A stretch of 40,026 nt of DNA from Welwitschia mirabilis (lineage: Eukaryota): assembly GCA_051453625.1 (NCBI GenBank), contig JBOZIK010000001.1, positions 19,591,405 through 19,631,430 on the forward strand, in the 5' to 3' direction. The notes under the pieces were generated by a model. That model was not told the DNA's origin and did not search any database. It saw only the letters and a program-made list of their open reading frames with translations. Within the stretch, counting starts at the first letter, position 1; every line of letters begins with the position of its first letter. Below are positions 24,400-37,690 of the stretch, piece by piece. The translations under genes and the position numbers were made by a program.

Positions 24400-24670
24400 T
24401 AGATCTTATTTAGAGAATTTTTTTCATAATTTCTAATTCTTTTTTATTCTTATCAAATTCTAATTATAATAGATGATCTACTATCACATTTTTCCTTTCT
24501 TTCACAGCTACTATGATAAGATGAAACTCTTGAATTTGTAAAATTAATATTATGATATTAGGAATTATTTTTATTTTATTAAATAAATATTTGATCATGG
24601 AATGATTAGTATTAAGATTTACTTAATGTAATGCTTAAATTTATCTTAAGAAAAAATAATGGCCTACCTT
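24400..24670 (-). pseudogene. Gypsy RNase H, C-terminal half
   Basis: AIIFS*DKFKHY...TNHSMIKYLFNK...LQIQEFHL...KNVIVDHLL*LE (~LAVVFALDKFRHY...TDHSAIKYL...LLQEFD...ENVVADHLSRLE). Confidence 0.88.
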
Positions 24671-26519
24671 TATTTTCCTATTAGAAGGAGGTGTTAGTAT
24701 CCAAAAAAACACTTTATTAAACTGAGATATAAAAAGAATACATGAAAAGAGCACCAAAGACCTTAAAAGATAAATATGTTATAAAGGAAAAGGAAAATGG
24801 AACTAGAGTTAAAGTAGAAATAATAAAATTAAGAATCATGTCTAGTAAGTAGAATAACTGATGTAAAGTCCATTAGAGCCATGTTTTAAAAGATGCATGG
24901 GGAAATTTACCTCAACTTGGATCTTCTCTATTTGAGTGTGAATTTAAAAATAAATATTATATAAAATATTTGTATTCTATTCAACAGACAGAATACAGGT
25001 ATGATAATGTACATTCCTCTTAAAAATTGGGTTGCACATTCACTTATAAATCTCATATAAATAATAGACTTAACAATTTTAAAAGAAATTTGAAATAGTT
25101 ATTGGCATCAAGTAAAGATATAAGGAATACCAAATGTTTACAAGGTTAAGTGTCGGAAAGGATGTTATATATCAAAATCCAAATATTCTTGGTGAAATGG
25201 CAATACCAAAAGACATGAATAAAATCATTTGTAGCTTCATATTAAGTGAAAAAAGAATTATGGATCCTAATATATTGAAGCCATCTAAAGATACCTACTA
25301 ATACGTAAAGCATTATGAAGAACAAAGATAATGTTTAGATTTTAAAAAATAGTCATGCAAAACTATTTAGTCTCTTATTTATTCAAAAGTCTACTACAAT
25401 AATTAATAATTTTTGTTAAACTATGAAGCAACTATAATGGAAAGCATGGATCATATGACAAGATTACAAAGCTAATTTTCAGTGAAGCCCCTTAAAAACG
25501 TGTTTTTNNNNNNNNNNNNNNNNNNNNNNNNNNNNNNNNNNNNNNNNNNNNNNNNNNNNNNNNNNNNNNNNNNNNNNNNNNNNNNNNNNNNNNNNNNNNN
25601 NNNNNNNTTTATATAGACTTCCATCTTTCCATATGTAATTCTCAACTTATTTTAATTTCTCTTTCTTTTAATAAGAGAATAAAAATTTACGAATCATGAT
25701 TAGAGCTAAGTAATTTTTGATATCTACAAATCAAGTCCTTTTCTTAAGTTTAAATAGATCTTAATTAGAGAATTTTTTTCATAATTTCTAATTCTTTTTT
25801 ATCCTTATCAAGTTCTAATTATAATAGATGACCTACTATCACATTTTTCCTTCCTTACACAGCTACTATGATAAGATGAAACTCTTGCATTTGTAAAATT
25901 AATATTATGATATAAGAAATTATTTTTCTTTTATAAGTAAATATTTGATCACAGAATGGTTAGTATTAAGATTTACTTAATGTAATGCTTAAAATTAATA
26001 TTATGATATAAGAAATTATTTTTCCTATTAGAAGGAGGTGTTAGTATCTCAAAAAACATTTTATTAAACTAAGATATAAAAAGAATACATGAAAAGGGCG
26101 CTAAAGGCCTTAAAAGATAAATATGTTATAAAGGAAAAAGAAAATGGAAGTAGAGTTAAAGTATAAATAAAAAATTAAGCATCATGTCTAGTAAGTAGGA
26201 TAACTGATGTAAAATCCATTAGACCCATGTTTTAAAAGATGCATGGGGAAATTAACCTGAACTTGGATCTTTTCCTTTTGAGTATGAATCTAAAAATAAA
26301 TATTATATAAAATATTTGTATTCTATTCAATAGACAGGTTATAGGTATGATAAGGTACATTTCTCTTAAAAATTGGGTTGCACCTTCACTTATAAATCTT
26401 ATATAAATAATAGACTTAACAATTTTTAAAAGAAATTTAACATAGTTATTAGCATCAAGTAAAGATACAAGGAATACCAAATGTTTACAAAGTTAAGTGT
26501 CGAAAAGGATGTTATATGT

Positions 26520-27420
26520 CAAAATCCAAATATTCTTGGCAAAATGGCAATACCAAAAGACATGAATAAAATCATTTGTAGCTTCATATTAACGGAGAAA
26601 AGAATTATGGATCCTAACATATTGAAGCCATCTAAAGCTACCTACTAATAGGTAAAGCATTATGAAGAACAAAGATAATGTTTAAATTTTAAAAAATAGT
26701 CATGCAAAACTATTTAGTCTCTTATTTATTCAAAAGTCTACTACAACAATCAATAATTTTTGTTAAACTATTAAGAAACTATAATGGAATGCATGGATCA
26801 TATGACAAGATTACAGAGCCAATTTTCAGTGAAGCCCCTTAAAAAAGCATTTCTATAGATTCATATAAATGTAGATGCTAGAGAGAAAATTGTAAAACCT
26901 AAACTAAAAAAATTGCAATAATAGATAGAGCTTAAAAAATAAATTTGGGTGAATTTTGATATTATTCAATCAATATATTGATGTAATATTTTTCATTCTC
27001 TCTAAATTCTTTTAAAAACATGTATTCCTGGAAGTGTAACTTTATGTAGTGAAAAAATTTAGTTAATAAAGTGGATACCCTTTCAAAAAGTTTACTCTTG
27101 AGAAAAGCTTATATTAAATAGAGCTAAAGATTCTAGCCAATAATAATTAAGTATTCAAGATAAAAAAATAATCATTTTATGACTAAAGAAAGCCCTTGCT
27201 TGAAAGAGTTCAAAATATCTAATCCACCTTATTTCTTAGGAAGAGTAGTAATATCCCATACAACTTGATAAAAGTGTTTTTAAGAACCTTTAAAAGACTA
27301 CATAATATTCCAAAATGATTTTTCCAATTATTGATAGGCAGGGTAAGAAGGATCCCAATAGGAATCATAGTAATCATCAGTGGAAGAAATAACAGAATTA
27401 CAAATCAAATACTTACTTGT
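26520..27420 (-). pseudogene. LINE ORF2 C-terminal region including zf-RVT (duplicates at ~25170-25507 and 27539-28177)
   Basis: QVVWDITTLPKK*GGLDIL (~27210-27270); VLHNALPI; DFIHVFWYCHFAKNIW (~26526-26575). Confidence 0.9.
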
Positions 27421-28499
27421 GAAAGTAAGATATTTTAANNNNNNNNNNNNNNNNNNNNNNNNNNNNNNNNNNNNNNNNNNNNNNNNNNNNNNNNNNNNNN
27501 NNNNNNNNNNNNNNNNNNNNNNNNNNNNNNNNNNNNNNGACAAGATTACAAAGCTAATTTTCAGTGAAGCCCCTTAAAAACGTGTTTTTATAGATTCATA
27601 CAAATGTAGATGCTGAATGAGAAAATTACAAAACCTGAAGTAAAAAAAAAAATTGCAATAATAGATAGAGCTTAAAAAGTAAATTTGGGTGAATTTTGAT
27701 ATTATTAAATCAATATATTGATTTAATATTTTTCATTCTCTTTAAATTCTTTTAAAAACATGTATTCCTGGAAGTGTAACCTTATGTAGTAAAAAAATTT
27801 AGTTAATAAAGTGGATACCCTTTTAAAAAGGTTTATCCTTGAGAAAATCTTATATTAAATAGAGCTAAATATTCTAGCCAATAATATTTAAGGATTTAAG
27901 ATAAAAAAATAATCATTTTATGACTAAAGAAAGCCCTTTCTTGAAAGAGTTTATAAAATTTAATCCACCTTGTTTCTTAGGAAGAGTACCAATATCCCAT
28001 ACAACTGTATAAAAGTGTTTTTAAGAACTTTAGAAGACTACATAAGCTTCCAAATAATTTTTCCAATTATTGATAGGCAAGGTAAGAAGGATCCCAATAG
28101 GAATCATAGTAATCATTAGTGGAAGAAATAATGGAATTACAAATCAAATACTTACTTGTGAAAGTAAGATATTTTAANNNNNNNNNNNNNNNNNNNNNNN
28201 NNNNNNNNNNNNNNNNNNNNNNNNNNNNNNNNNNNNNNNNNNNNNNNNNNNNNNNNNNNNNNNNNNNNNNNNNNNNNTCTTCTCAACTTAAATAAGGATT
28301 TTTGTTTAAATAGATGAGGAAAGATTTGGCAACTAAAAAGAATTTTAAAAATCTTAATAATATCATGATTAGATGAAAGAATCCACTTCCTATCTAAAAG
28401 ATGTTGTTAATTACTAATGAATCTATAAACTAAAGATTTAACCTAATTAATGGTGAACCCAATAAGAGTATAGTATTATTCCACTTGAAAAATAATGCG

Positions 28500-29150
28500 A
28501 TGAAGATTTTTAGCTATATTGTAAAAAAGCAAAAAGGATTTATTTACAAAATACATATTTAAAAGCTAATCATTAGAATTAGAAAGGATGATTCCTCTAA
28601 TATTATTATAATGAATATCACATTAAAGTTAATAAGAAAGAAAGTTTGCTTCTATAATAAGCAAATAAGAAGCTTTAGAACATCCTTGCATCACATACTA
28701 ACAAGTAGTAAAAGGAGAATTAACTCCAAATTCAATAGCATTTATAGAATACATGCAAATTTAGTATCAATTCTAGCATTAGCATTAGCAAAGAGATAAC
28801 CTATAATATGTGAGAAATTTAGATCAAAATCAAGTCAAGCCATAATCTAAAAGATGAAATCACATTAAAGATATTTCTAGGTTGTTACCATAAGCCTTAT
28901 CATAGTTAATATTAATAAAAATAATATCTTAGTAAGTATCCTTATCCCATTGAAGATCTTTCTAGGATTTTACTAGATTACTTAAGATGTATCTATCAAA
29001 AACAAAATTTATTTATTGAGGGAATATGAAATTTAGAAGAATCCACTTCAAACAAAAATATAAGCACTACATCCAAATTTTGTAAATGACATTAAATATC
29101 ATAATGAGTTACTAATTAAAAATTTTGGTGATATTACCTAATTTAGAAGA
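28500..29150 (-). pseudogene. LINE reverse transcriptase domain remnant
   Basis: N**LIMIFNVIYKI (~NWRPITLLNVIYKI); Q*INFVFDRYILSN (~QTGFVPGRYILDN); ININYDKAY (~28890-28915, ~KIDFEKAYD); VMQGCSKASYLLII (~VRQGCPLAPYLF). Confidence 0.92.
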
Positions 29151-30099
29151 ATTCAAACAATCCCTTAGTTTAGTTGATGTTCCATAGATTTTGTATGAAT
29201 ACCCTTATAGATAATCTTAAAAACATCACTACTAATAAGATCCCATTGAGTCTTAAAGAATTCAACTAGAAATCCATCAGATCCTAGACCCTTTTCATTA
29301 TTCATTTTAAAGCAAGCATGTTTTAATTATACTAAAGATATCGACTTTTAAAATTTGAAACATAGTTANNNNNNNNNNNNNNNNNNNNNNNNNNNNNNNN
29401 NNNNNNNNNNNNNNNNNNNNNNNNNNNNNNNNNNNNNNNNNNNNNNNNNNNNNNNNNNNNNNNNNNNNATAAACTTTCAAAATTTGAAACATAGTTAAAG
29501 TAATCAAATTAGGATATAAGGTAGTATTATTCTTAAAAAGAGAATTGTCCATGTAGCATAAAATAAAGTAGTAAAATAATATCTCAAATAAGAAAGAAAA
29601 GTATTTAAATTATTAAGAATACCATCATTAAAATTAATTTCATCTAATGAATTCATAGGAGAGGAATCATTCAAATGTTTAAAAGAATCCTTACAATTTT
29701 AATCTAGAATATTTAACCATGCACATCAACTTTTGATTAAGGTACTTTCTAACATATAAACATTTCAATAATAAAAAACTAATTTGAGAGAAGCTAAATC
29801 ATCATAAAGTTGTTAAGTAAAAGGATCATGAAGTAACTTATTATGGTGGTGCTAAATCATAGATTAAATTTTATTGTATTCTTTTCTTGCACGTGAAGCT
29901 ATTATTGATTATAAAGTATAGCAAAAATTCACACATAATATGTAGCTTAATGCCATGATTGAATCGATCCTAACTAACCTAATTGCCAAGACTCCACATT
30001 CTAAAGATTAGATGAACTAGTTTAAGTAATGAAAAAAGAAAAACAATTATCATGTAATTTGAATAGAAGACATTTATTCTTGAAAGGACAATCTATTAT

Positions 30100-31520
30100 T
30101 CAAACTTGAATTTGAATGAAAAATAATCCTATAAAGTTGCATGATGATGAATAGTAATAAAGAAATTATCTTGCTAAAAAGACAAAGTATAAAAATAAAA
30201 CCTATCTAGTTGACTAAAGAGATAGACATGTTTTAGATGATAGTTGCTTTAAGTATATATTTAAAAAAATGGGCTAAAACTACCACCATCTATATTTACT
30301 AAGAAAATTTTTTCTTTAAAGTTGAACCACCATTGGTATTTAGGATTAAAAATGAGAGAAGATAAACCACTAATAATAAAAGGCTTCTTCCCACAGCCTA
30401 GGACACTTCTCAGATCTATTCAAAGATTATATTAAGCAAATTCTAAAATGACCAAAATAGGAAGAAAAAATTTGCCCAAATGACTCTATGGTAAGAGTTA
30501 AAATTAGATAAAATGATCTATCTTTTAAATAAGAATAAAAAAGAATAGCTTCCTCATATTTAATATGACAATGATGTGTAGTAAAGGCTATTAAATAAGG
30601 TAGTAACCAGTGTGCTAAAAAGGATAGATCTTAAAAATCGATCTTGAATGTATAAATAAGAACAAATACAAAAGTAATACTAATTCTAGAGATGAAATTT
30701 CTAATACAATTGTTCAAGAGATTGTTAGTGAAGTAAGATAAAATATTCATGCAAAGTTTGATGAGGTTTTAATTAAATCACCCTACACAAGATTAAAAAT
30801 TAAAGGTCCAACATTCATAAAATTTAAAATGACTATNNNNNNNNNNNNNNNNNNNNNNNNNNNNNNNNNNNNNNNNNNNNNNNNNNNNNNNNNNNNNNNN
30901 NNNNNNNNNNNNNNNNNNNNNNNNNNNNNNNNNNNNGTGACTAGAATTACCACCATTTATATTTATTAAGCAAAATTTTTCTTTAAAGTTAAACCACCAT
31001 TAGTATTTAGGATTAAGAATGAGAGAAGATAAACCACTAAGTTTATCATTAAAAAATTCTATCATATTAAAGTCTCCTCTAAATAACCATTAAATAGAAG
31101 GCAAATAATAAAAGGCTTCTTCCCATAGCCTAGGACACTTCTCAGATTTATTCAAAGAATATATTAAGCAAATTATAAAAGGACCAAAATAGAAAGAAAA
31201 AATTTACTCAAATGACTCTATGTTAAGAGCTAAAATTACATAAAATGAGCTATCTTTTAAATAAGAATAAAAAGGAATAGCTTCCTCATATTTCATATGA
31301 TGATGAAGTGTAGCAGAGGCTATTAAATAAGGTAGTAACTAGTGTGCTAAAAAGGATAGATCCTAAAAATCAATCTTTAATGTATAAAGAAGAACAAAGA
31401 CAAAAGTAATACTAATTATAGAGATGAAATTCCTAATACAATTGTTCAAGAGATTATTAGTGAAATAAGATAAAATATTCATGTAAAACTTAATGAGGTT
31501 TTATTTAAATCATCCTACAA
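30100..31520 (-). pseudogene. LINE AP-endonuclease domain remnant (two haplotype copies)
   Basis: LWEE...WLFRGDFNMIEFFNDKLSG (GDFNM at 31063-31077); SQLDRFY (30195-30215, ~SRLDRFY); SDH-like DYF..IQIQV. Confidence 0.9.
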
Positions 31521-31879
31521 AGATTAAAAATTAAAGGTCCAACATTCATAAAATTTGAAATGACTATGAAAAGATTATCTATTTGAACCAGAGAAGTTGA
31601 ATTAGAAGAATTTAAAAGAATGGATTCTTTGGCTCTAGTTGATATAGCCTTACGTTACTTTTTCTTAGTCAATTTCATAGAACCTTTATTTTATCTAGAC
31701 ATATAATAAAAACCAAAGTAGAAATCAAAGATAAAAAAAGGAAAGACTATAGTCTAGTATAAGAAATAAAGTGGCTATAAATGGATTTTTTTTCATTTCC
31801 TGACGGAGGAGGAGTTTGTGATTGCTTAACAAGCATAGTAGATTGTGAAGGATAAGCCTATATCAACTAGTAGAAATAA

Positions 31880-33300
31880 TAGATTATGAAGAAATGATAT
31901 AATGCCCTATTGAAGTACCCATTATAAAAGCACCAANNNNNNNNNNNNNNNNNNNNNNNNNNNNNNNNNNNNNNNNNNNNNNNNNNNNNNNNNNNNNNNN
32001 NNNNNNNNNNNNNNNNNNNNNNNNNNNNNNNNNNNNATAATAGATTTTGAAGAAATGATAATGCCCTATTGAAGTACCCATTATAAAAGAACTAAAATCT
32101 ATTAAAACCAAACATAGGTGCAGATAGTTTTCATTGAAGTTTGTTTAGCTATTTATTCTTAGACAAAAATTAATAGGCAAATATTTAATGACCATCATGA
32201 TGATAATAGCTACAAGATATAAAAAAAAAATATAATATACTCTTTGGATGAAAGGATGCGCAATTACTTTCAATTTGTAAGGTCAAATTCAACCCAAAAA
32301 TTTTAAAAAAAGAATCCATTAACATAAAATGATTTCTTCGATAAAATACTATTAATCCANNNNNNNNNNNNNNNNNNNNNNNNNNNNNNNNNNNNNNNNN
32401 NNNNNNNNNNNNNNNNNNNNNNNNNNNNNNNNNNNNNNNNNNNNNNNNNNNNNNNNNNNNNNNNNNNNNNNNNNNNNNNNNNNNNNNNNNNNNNNNNNNN
32501 NNNNNNNNNNNNNNNNNNNNNNNNNNNNNNNNNNNNNNNNNNNNNNNNNNNNNNNNNNNNNNNNNNNNNNNNNNNNNNNNNNNNNNNNNNNNNNNNNNNN
32601 NNNNNNNNNNNNNNNNNNNNNNNNNNNNNNNNNNNNNNNNNNNNNNNNNNNNNNNNNNNNNNNNNNNNNNNNNNNNNTATTTAATGACCTTCATGATGAT
32701 CATAGCTATAAGATATTAAAAAAAAAATATAATATACTCTTTGATAAAAGGATGAGCAATCACTTTCAATTTATAAGGTCAACTTCAACCCAAAAATTTT
32801 AAAAAAAGAATACATTAACATCAAATGTTTTCTTCGATAAAATACTATTAATACATTAAATAATCTCTATTTCTATAGAATAAAAGATTAAGGAAAAATT
32901 AGGAAGCTTAGAACAGTAAGAAATAAATTTGTAAGTAGGTTCATCTACATTAAAATAAAATGTTCATGCATGAGAAATTAAGATTATAGAGTGAGTTCAA
33001 AAAATCTTAAGTAAGAAATATTTCTTTATCATCAAGAAATCTAAGACTTGAACATGAATAAAACTATGAGTATTTTATCTAGCATGAGAAATTTTAACAT
33101 CCTTCAAACAAAGGACATGCTGCACTAATGTCAACATTTAGATATGATAAGATTAAAAATCAAATAGTTGAAGAAAAATAGAATGAAAAGCATAGTACAT
33201 GAAAATAGATTTAAAAATGTTAGAAGGAAGAATAAAGTTAGCAAAGGAATTAGTGGTTGCACCACCCCCTTTAAAATAAGGAAAAAAGGAAGGTAGGTTA
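31880..33300 (-). pseudogene. LINE ORF1-like remnant
   Basis: ILSKKSFYVNGFFFKIF and HLCLVLIDFS resemble plant L1 ORF1 (DUF4283-type) motifs; located directly upstream of the endonuclease. Confidence 0.55.
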
Positions 33301-33974
33301 CCTATAACAAGTTCTAATTCTAATGAAAAGGGCTAAAGAAAAGCGAGAACTATGAATCTTTATTATAAAGCACCAATCGTCATTTTTTTAATTTTAAATT
33401 ATTGTAATCCATCTAACTAGAATTAAAAATTTTACTTATCTTGGTAACCATATAAGGTTTTTTAGTTTCATGTTTTTATCTTAAAACTTCATTTATTGCT
33501 ATTCAAGAATATGTTGTAATATAAATCAATCGATCCCAATTTGATCCTTAAAGTATGGGTGCTTTTCTTAACTTATATTGTAATTCTTTAAATGCTCAAT
33601 ATTCATTTATCTATTCATATACCTATAACAACCTACATGCCTTAATAATGATCTTAATTCTTTTACTTTAGTGAAGGACTGTAAATATTAAATTTCTTTA
33701 ACTCTATATGTATTAGTTTTAATATCTCTAANNNNNNNNNNNNNNNNNNNNNNNNNNNNNNNNNNNNNNNNNNNNNNNNNNNNNNNNNNNNNNNNNNNNN
33801 NNNNNNNNNNNNNNNNNNNNNNNNNNNNNNNAAAGGAATTAGTGGTTGCACCACCCCCTTTAAAATAAGACAAAAAGGAAGCTAGATTACCTATAACAAG
33901 TTCTAATCCTAATGAAAAGGGCTAAAGAAAAGCTAGAACTATGAATATTTGTTATAAAGCACCAATCGTCATGT

Positions 33975-35140
33975 TTTTCCTTTTAAATTATTATAATTCA
34001 TTTAAGTAGAATTAAAACTTTTACTTATCTTGGTAACCATATAAGGTTTTCCAATTTCATGTTTTTATCATAAAACTTCATTTATTGTTATTCAAGCATA
34101 TGTTGTAATATAAATTAGTCTATCCCAATTTGATCCTTAAAGTATGGATGTTTTTATTAACTTATATTGTAATTCTTTAAATGCTTAATATTCATTTATC
34201 TATTCATATTTCTATAATAACCTACATGCCTTAATAATGATCTTAATTCTTTTACTTTAGTGAAGAATTGTAAATATTAAATTTCTTTAACTTTAGATGT
34301 ATTAGTTTTAATAGCTCTAAATCTTAAATTACTTTACCTTTATTTTCATCATTTTTGTGATACCTCTTTTTAAATTGTTATGGCCTAATATTATTACTTC
34401 TTACATCATTAGAAAACTTTTTATTAACTTAATTTATGTATTTTTCCTTATGTATTTATAAAACCTTTTATAATATATCTAAGTCAAAATCAAAACATTT
34501 TTCAAGGGTTANNNNNNNNNNNNNNNNNNNNNNNNNNNNNNNNNNNNNNNNNNNNNNNNNNNNNNNNNNNNNNNNNNNNNNNNNNNNNNNNNNNNNNNNN
34601 NNNNNNNNNNNACTTAATTTATGTATTTTTCCTTATGTGTTTATAAAACCTTTTTTAATATATCTAAGTGAAAATCAAAACATTTTTCAAGGGTTAAAAT
34701 ATCATCCATAAAACCTCTACAAGTTTACTTATCATGTCTTAGAATATATGGAAGACTAAGCTTTGGAATGTAGTGGGAGTATGTAATATTACATAGCTAA
34801 AGGGCTTCCAAGACATGAAAAAGTAGTTTCTCATAATTCTCTAAAGAAATAGGGATTTGATTATATTTATTATAGTTATCTAAAAAACTATAATGTTCAT
34901 CTCCTATCATTCATATAAAGAACTTGATTTATAAATGATAAAGGAAGGTAGTATTTATAAATAGCTGCATTCAACATTCTATAATAAATGAGATCTCTCC
35001 ATTTTTCTCCTCCCTTTAGAAAATACTTATCTAAGTTAAATTGAAATATAATAAACAAGTCTAATCTTATGTAGTTTTCTAAATCTTATCTTTTATAGTT
35101 TTCTACATTTTTGGATTAGTCCATTTTTGGTTGTCTTATA
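33975..35140 (-). pseudogene. Gypsy RT and N-terminal RNase H (partial duplicate at ~33385-33731)
   Basis: PIRQP; FINQVL..HYSFLDNYNKYNQIPIS (~YCFLDGYSGYNQIPIA); TPTTFQ...VEV(F)MDD (MDD at 34701-34709); VKELRSLLRHVGYYR; AFKELQYKLIKTSIL*GSNWD...SKSFNST*MNY. Confidence 0.93.
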
Positions 35141-35529
35141 GGTTAATAAAGATATATAAATAAATTTTAAGTTCATAGATGTCAGTAGAAATTATTTTTG
35201 TATGTTAACATATTTTTTTAATATTATTTTAAATTTTCTTTTCTAAGAGTGTGTGATTACTATCAATTACAAAATATTTTATAGGTTCTACTTCAAGATG
35301 CTTAACTCTTGATTTCAATGGTGGCTTTTCAACTTCTATTTCAAGAAAGTTATCTAAAGAGTGTTTTTCATGTTCCTCAATTATTTTTAAATATTTTTAA
35401 ATTTTAGCCTTAATGTTTTAATGGTTCTCCTTACCTTAAACTTGTTTTATTATTTTGATGTATTTCTTTGAGTTATCCATGTTAATTTCTAAGATAATTT
35501 TTCCAACATACAAAGTGACATTAATTATG

Positions 35530-35790
35530 GATAATTAAGGTCTACCTAAAATTACAAAATAAATTTCAATTTTCTATGTTAATTTATGAACTGCCAAATC
35601 TAAAACATAATTAAATCCATGAAGTCTCATCACTATATTTTTTTAGTATGTTCTCTACTCTTATTATATACTTAATAGCTAAACTTATATTTTTATTATA
35701 AGTTTCTAATTCAACATTTCCTAATTATTCATAAGTGGCATATGATATTACATTAATGCTTGCTCCTATATCTAGCAAAGATAAAAGTAA
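35530..35790 (-). pseudogene. Gypsy aspartic protease remnant
   Basis: LLDIGASINVISY (~LLDTGASVNVM) ... VILGRP*L. Confidence 0.9.
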
Positions 35791-36829
35791 TTTATTACAA
35801 TTTTTAATTTCTGCAATAAGATTTGTTTATTTAATTCTCTTAGGTTTTCTTATAATAGTTGTAAATACCCAATGTTATTTATTTTTTTATTTTTCTTAAT
35901 AACTTGATGTTTTTCTTTATTTTTATGTTTCTTCCTTGGTTTAGTATGTAAGTATTTTATGACCTTTAAATAGATAGTACTTTAATTAATAAATTTACTA
36001 AATACATAGTTATAGGTGTTTTTTATATTTCTTCTAGAAACATTGCCATATATTTTGTTAATTAATATTCCACATATTAATTGATCTTTCTAGATGTGTA
36101 GGATTACTTACATTATCATTCTTAATTTTTTCTAAAGAAAGATCATATTATTAAGTGTCTTATGTCTTATTCTCATTTCTAGGCCCTCTCCTTCTTAGTT
36201 TCTAATATTTTGTAGTTAGCTTAGTTGATCTACTTCGAAGGCCCCTTAATTTTTTTGAATAGTATTGGGTATAGTTTTAGCTTAGCTATTAATCCTTCTT
36301 ACTTTTTCTTATGTTATTCTTCTTTAGGTTTTGAACTCGTATAACCATATTTTCTTAAATTTCTTCATTCCTCTAATTTTTATAGTACTAATTTATTTTT
36401 TATTAATTCCTTTCTACATAACTATGCAAGGAACCCGTTTTTATTATTTTTCAACTTCCAGGATGATAATGGTAAAATGTTTTCAATTTAAATTTTTGAT
36501 GTTCATTTCAATAACAATCATAAATCTAGTTGGTTAACCATTCTATAAAAATATTACATGATATATAATGTATAGATTCATGTCATTCATAATTTCAATT
36601 TTTACATAAATCATTTGCCTTTTTAGTTAAAGCTAAAGCTTGTCCTAATTTATTCTTATTTGTTTAGCAATTTTATGTATATTTTTTCCTCTCAATTTCA
36701 TGAAAATTTTTCCCTTTGTTTGTTCTCTTATTTTCTTCTTTATTTTTTCATCCTTAACTCATCTTATTCAGTTGTGCTACAGTTTCGTATATGTTAAGAT
36801 TCTAGTTTTTAATATTTCTGTTACATAAT

Positions 36830-37080
36830 AGGTCAAGTTTTGTAGAGTTCTAGTATTAACTACTCTTAAAAACCATTAGGTTCTTTCTCTTATATCAACT
36901 ACATGGTTAAGAAATCATCTTAATAAGATTTAATATCTATCATAAGATTCATCTAATTTTTTTTGAAATCCTTATTTGATATCCATGTATTTAATTAAGA
37001 ACTTATTTCTTATATTCTATCCAAGATTTAATCCAATGGGTAATTGGAAATATTAGATCATTACATTAACTTTTTACAAA
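36830..37080 (-). pseudogene. Athila-type gag remnant
   Basis: SW..NKFLIKY...ESYDRY*ILLR*FLNHVVD...T*WFLRVVNTRT (~EAWERFKxLLRRCPHHG...QxFYxGLN). Confidence 0.7.
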
Positions 37081-37690
37081 CTAGAGAATCATCTTAATTT
37101 ATATATATATATAAATTATCTCATATAATAAGTTAAATAGGTTTAACTGTTGAATGGAATCCTCACTCTTTCTGCTTTCAAATATTAACATAAATTTTAG
37201 GTTGTATTCCTAATTTTATCAAGTATATTAAGAGTTATTTCATCTAAAGACTTGAACCTTAAGATTTGAAAAATTAATTAATGGCTAACAGTATAGAACT
37301 TCCATCATCTTTTTAGAAAGAATCTATGTTAACATTTGGTCCTATACTCATTATTAAACTTTTAGTACTTTATACTTTAGAAAGTTTATTCTATATATCC
37401 TACAAATTCATTTCTAATGAGCTTCTTATAAACTATTATAAATTTAAATTCAGAATTATCTATATATTCTAATGATTCTAAATTTTCATCTAAATCTTTT
37501 TCATAATAAAAGCAATGATTATGGTATACTTTGTATTAAATTCATCATAATCTTATGAAACCTTATAATTTTAACTAAGATGAGCTTTCCATCTTTGACT
37601 TTTATCTTCCTTAAAAAGTATAGGTAGCATTTTATTTTTCTACTCTATTGATCTAATGTTAATTTATCCTACTTGCTAATTTTAGAATTC

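Larger units (their letters stand above)
24683..33974 (-). mobile_element. Near full-length L1-clade LINE (ORF1, APE endonuclease, RT, zf-RVT), decayed; span inflated by duplicated haplotype contigs and gaps
   Basis: Domains in L1 order on the minus strand. AATAAA and an A-rich 3' end lie near 24680-24720. Candidate TSD TTTTCCTATT (24673-24682) / TTTTCCTTTT (33975-33984). Confidence 0.9.

Noticed and set aside
30000..33300. Plus-strand protease-like ghost (PNIGADS...YNILFG) suggesting a caulimovirid or second gypsy element
   Set aside because: The minus strand gives much stronger LINE motifs (GDFNM, SQLDRFY) in the right order; no movement or coat protein motifs seen.
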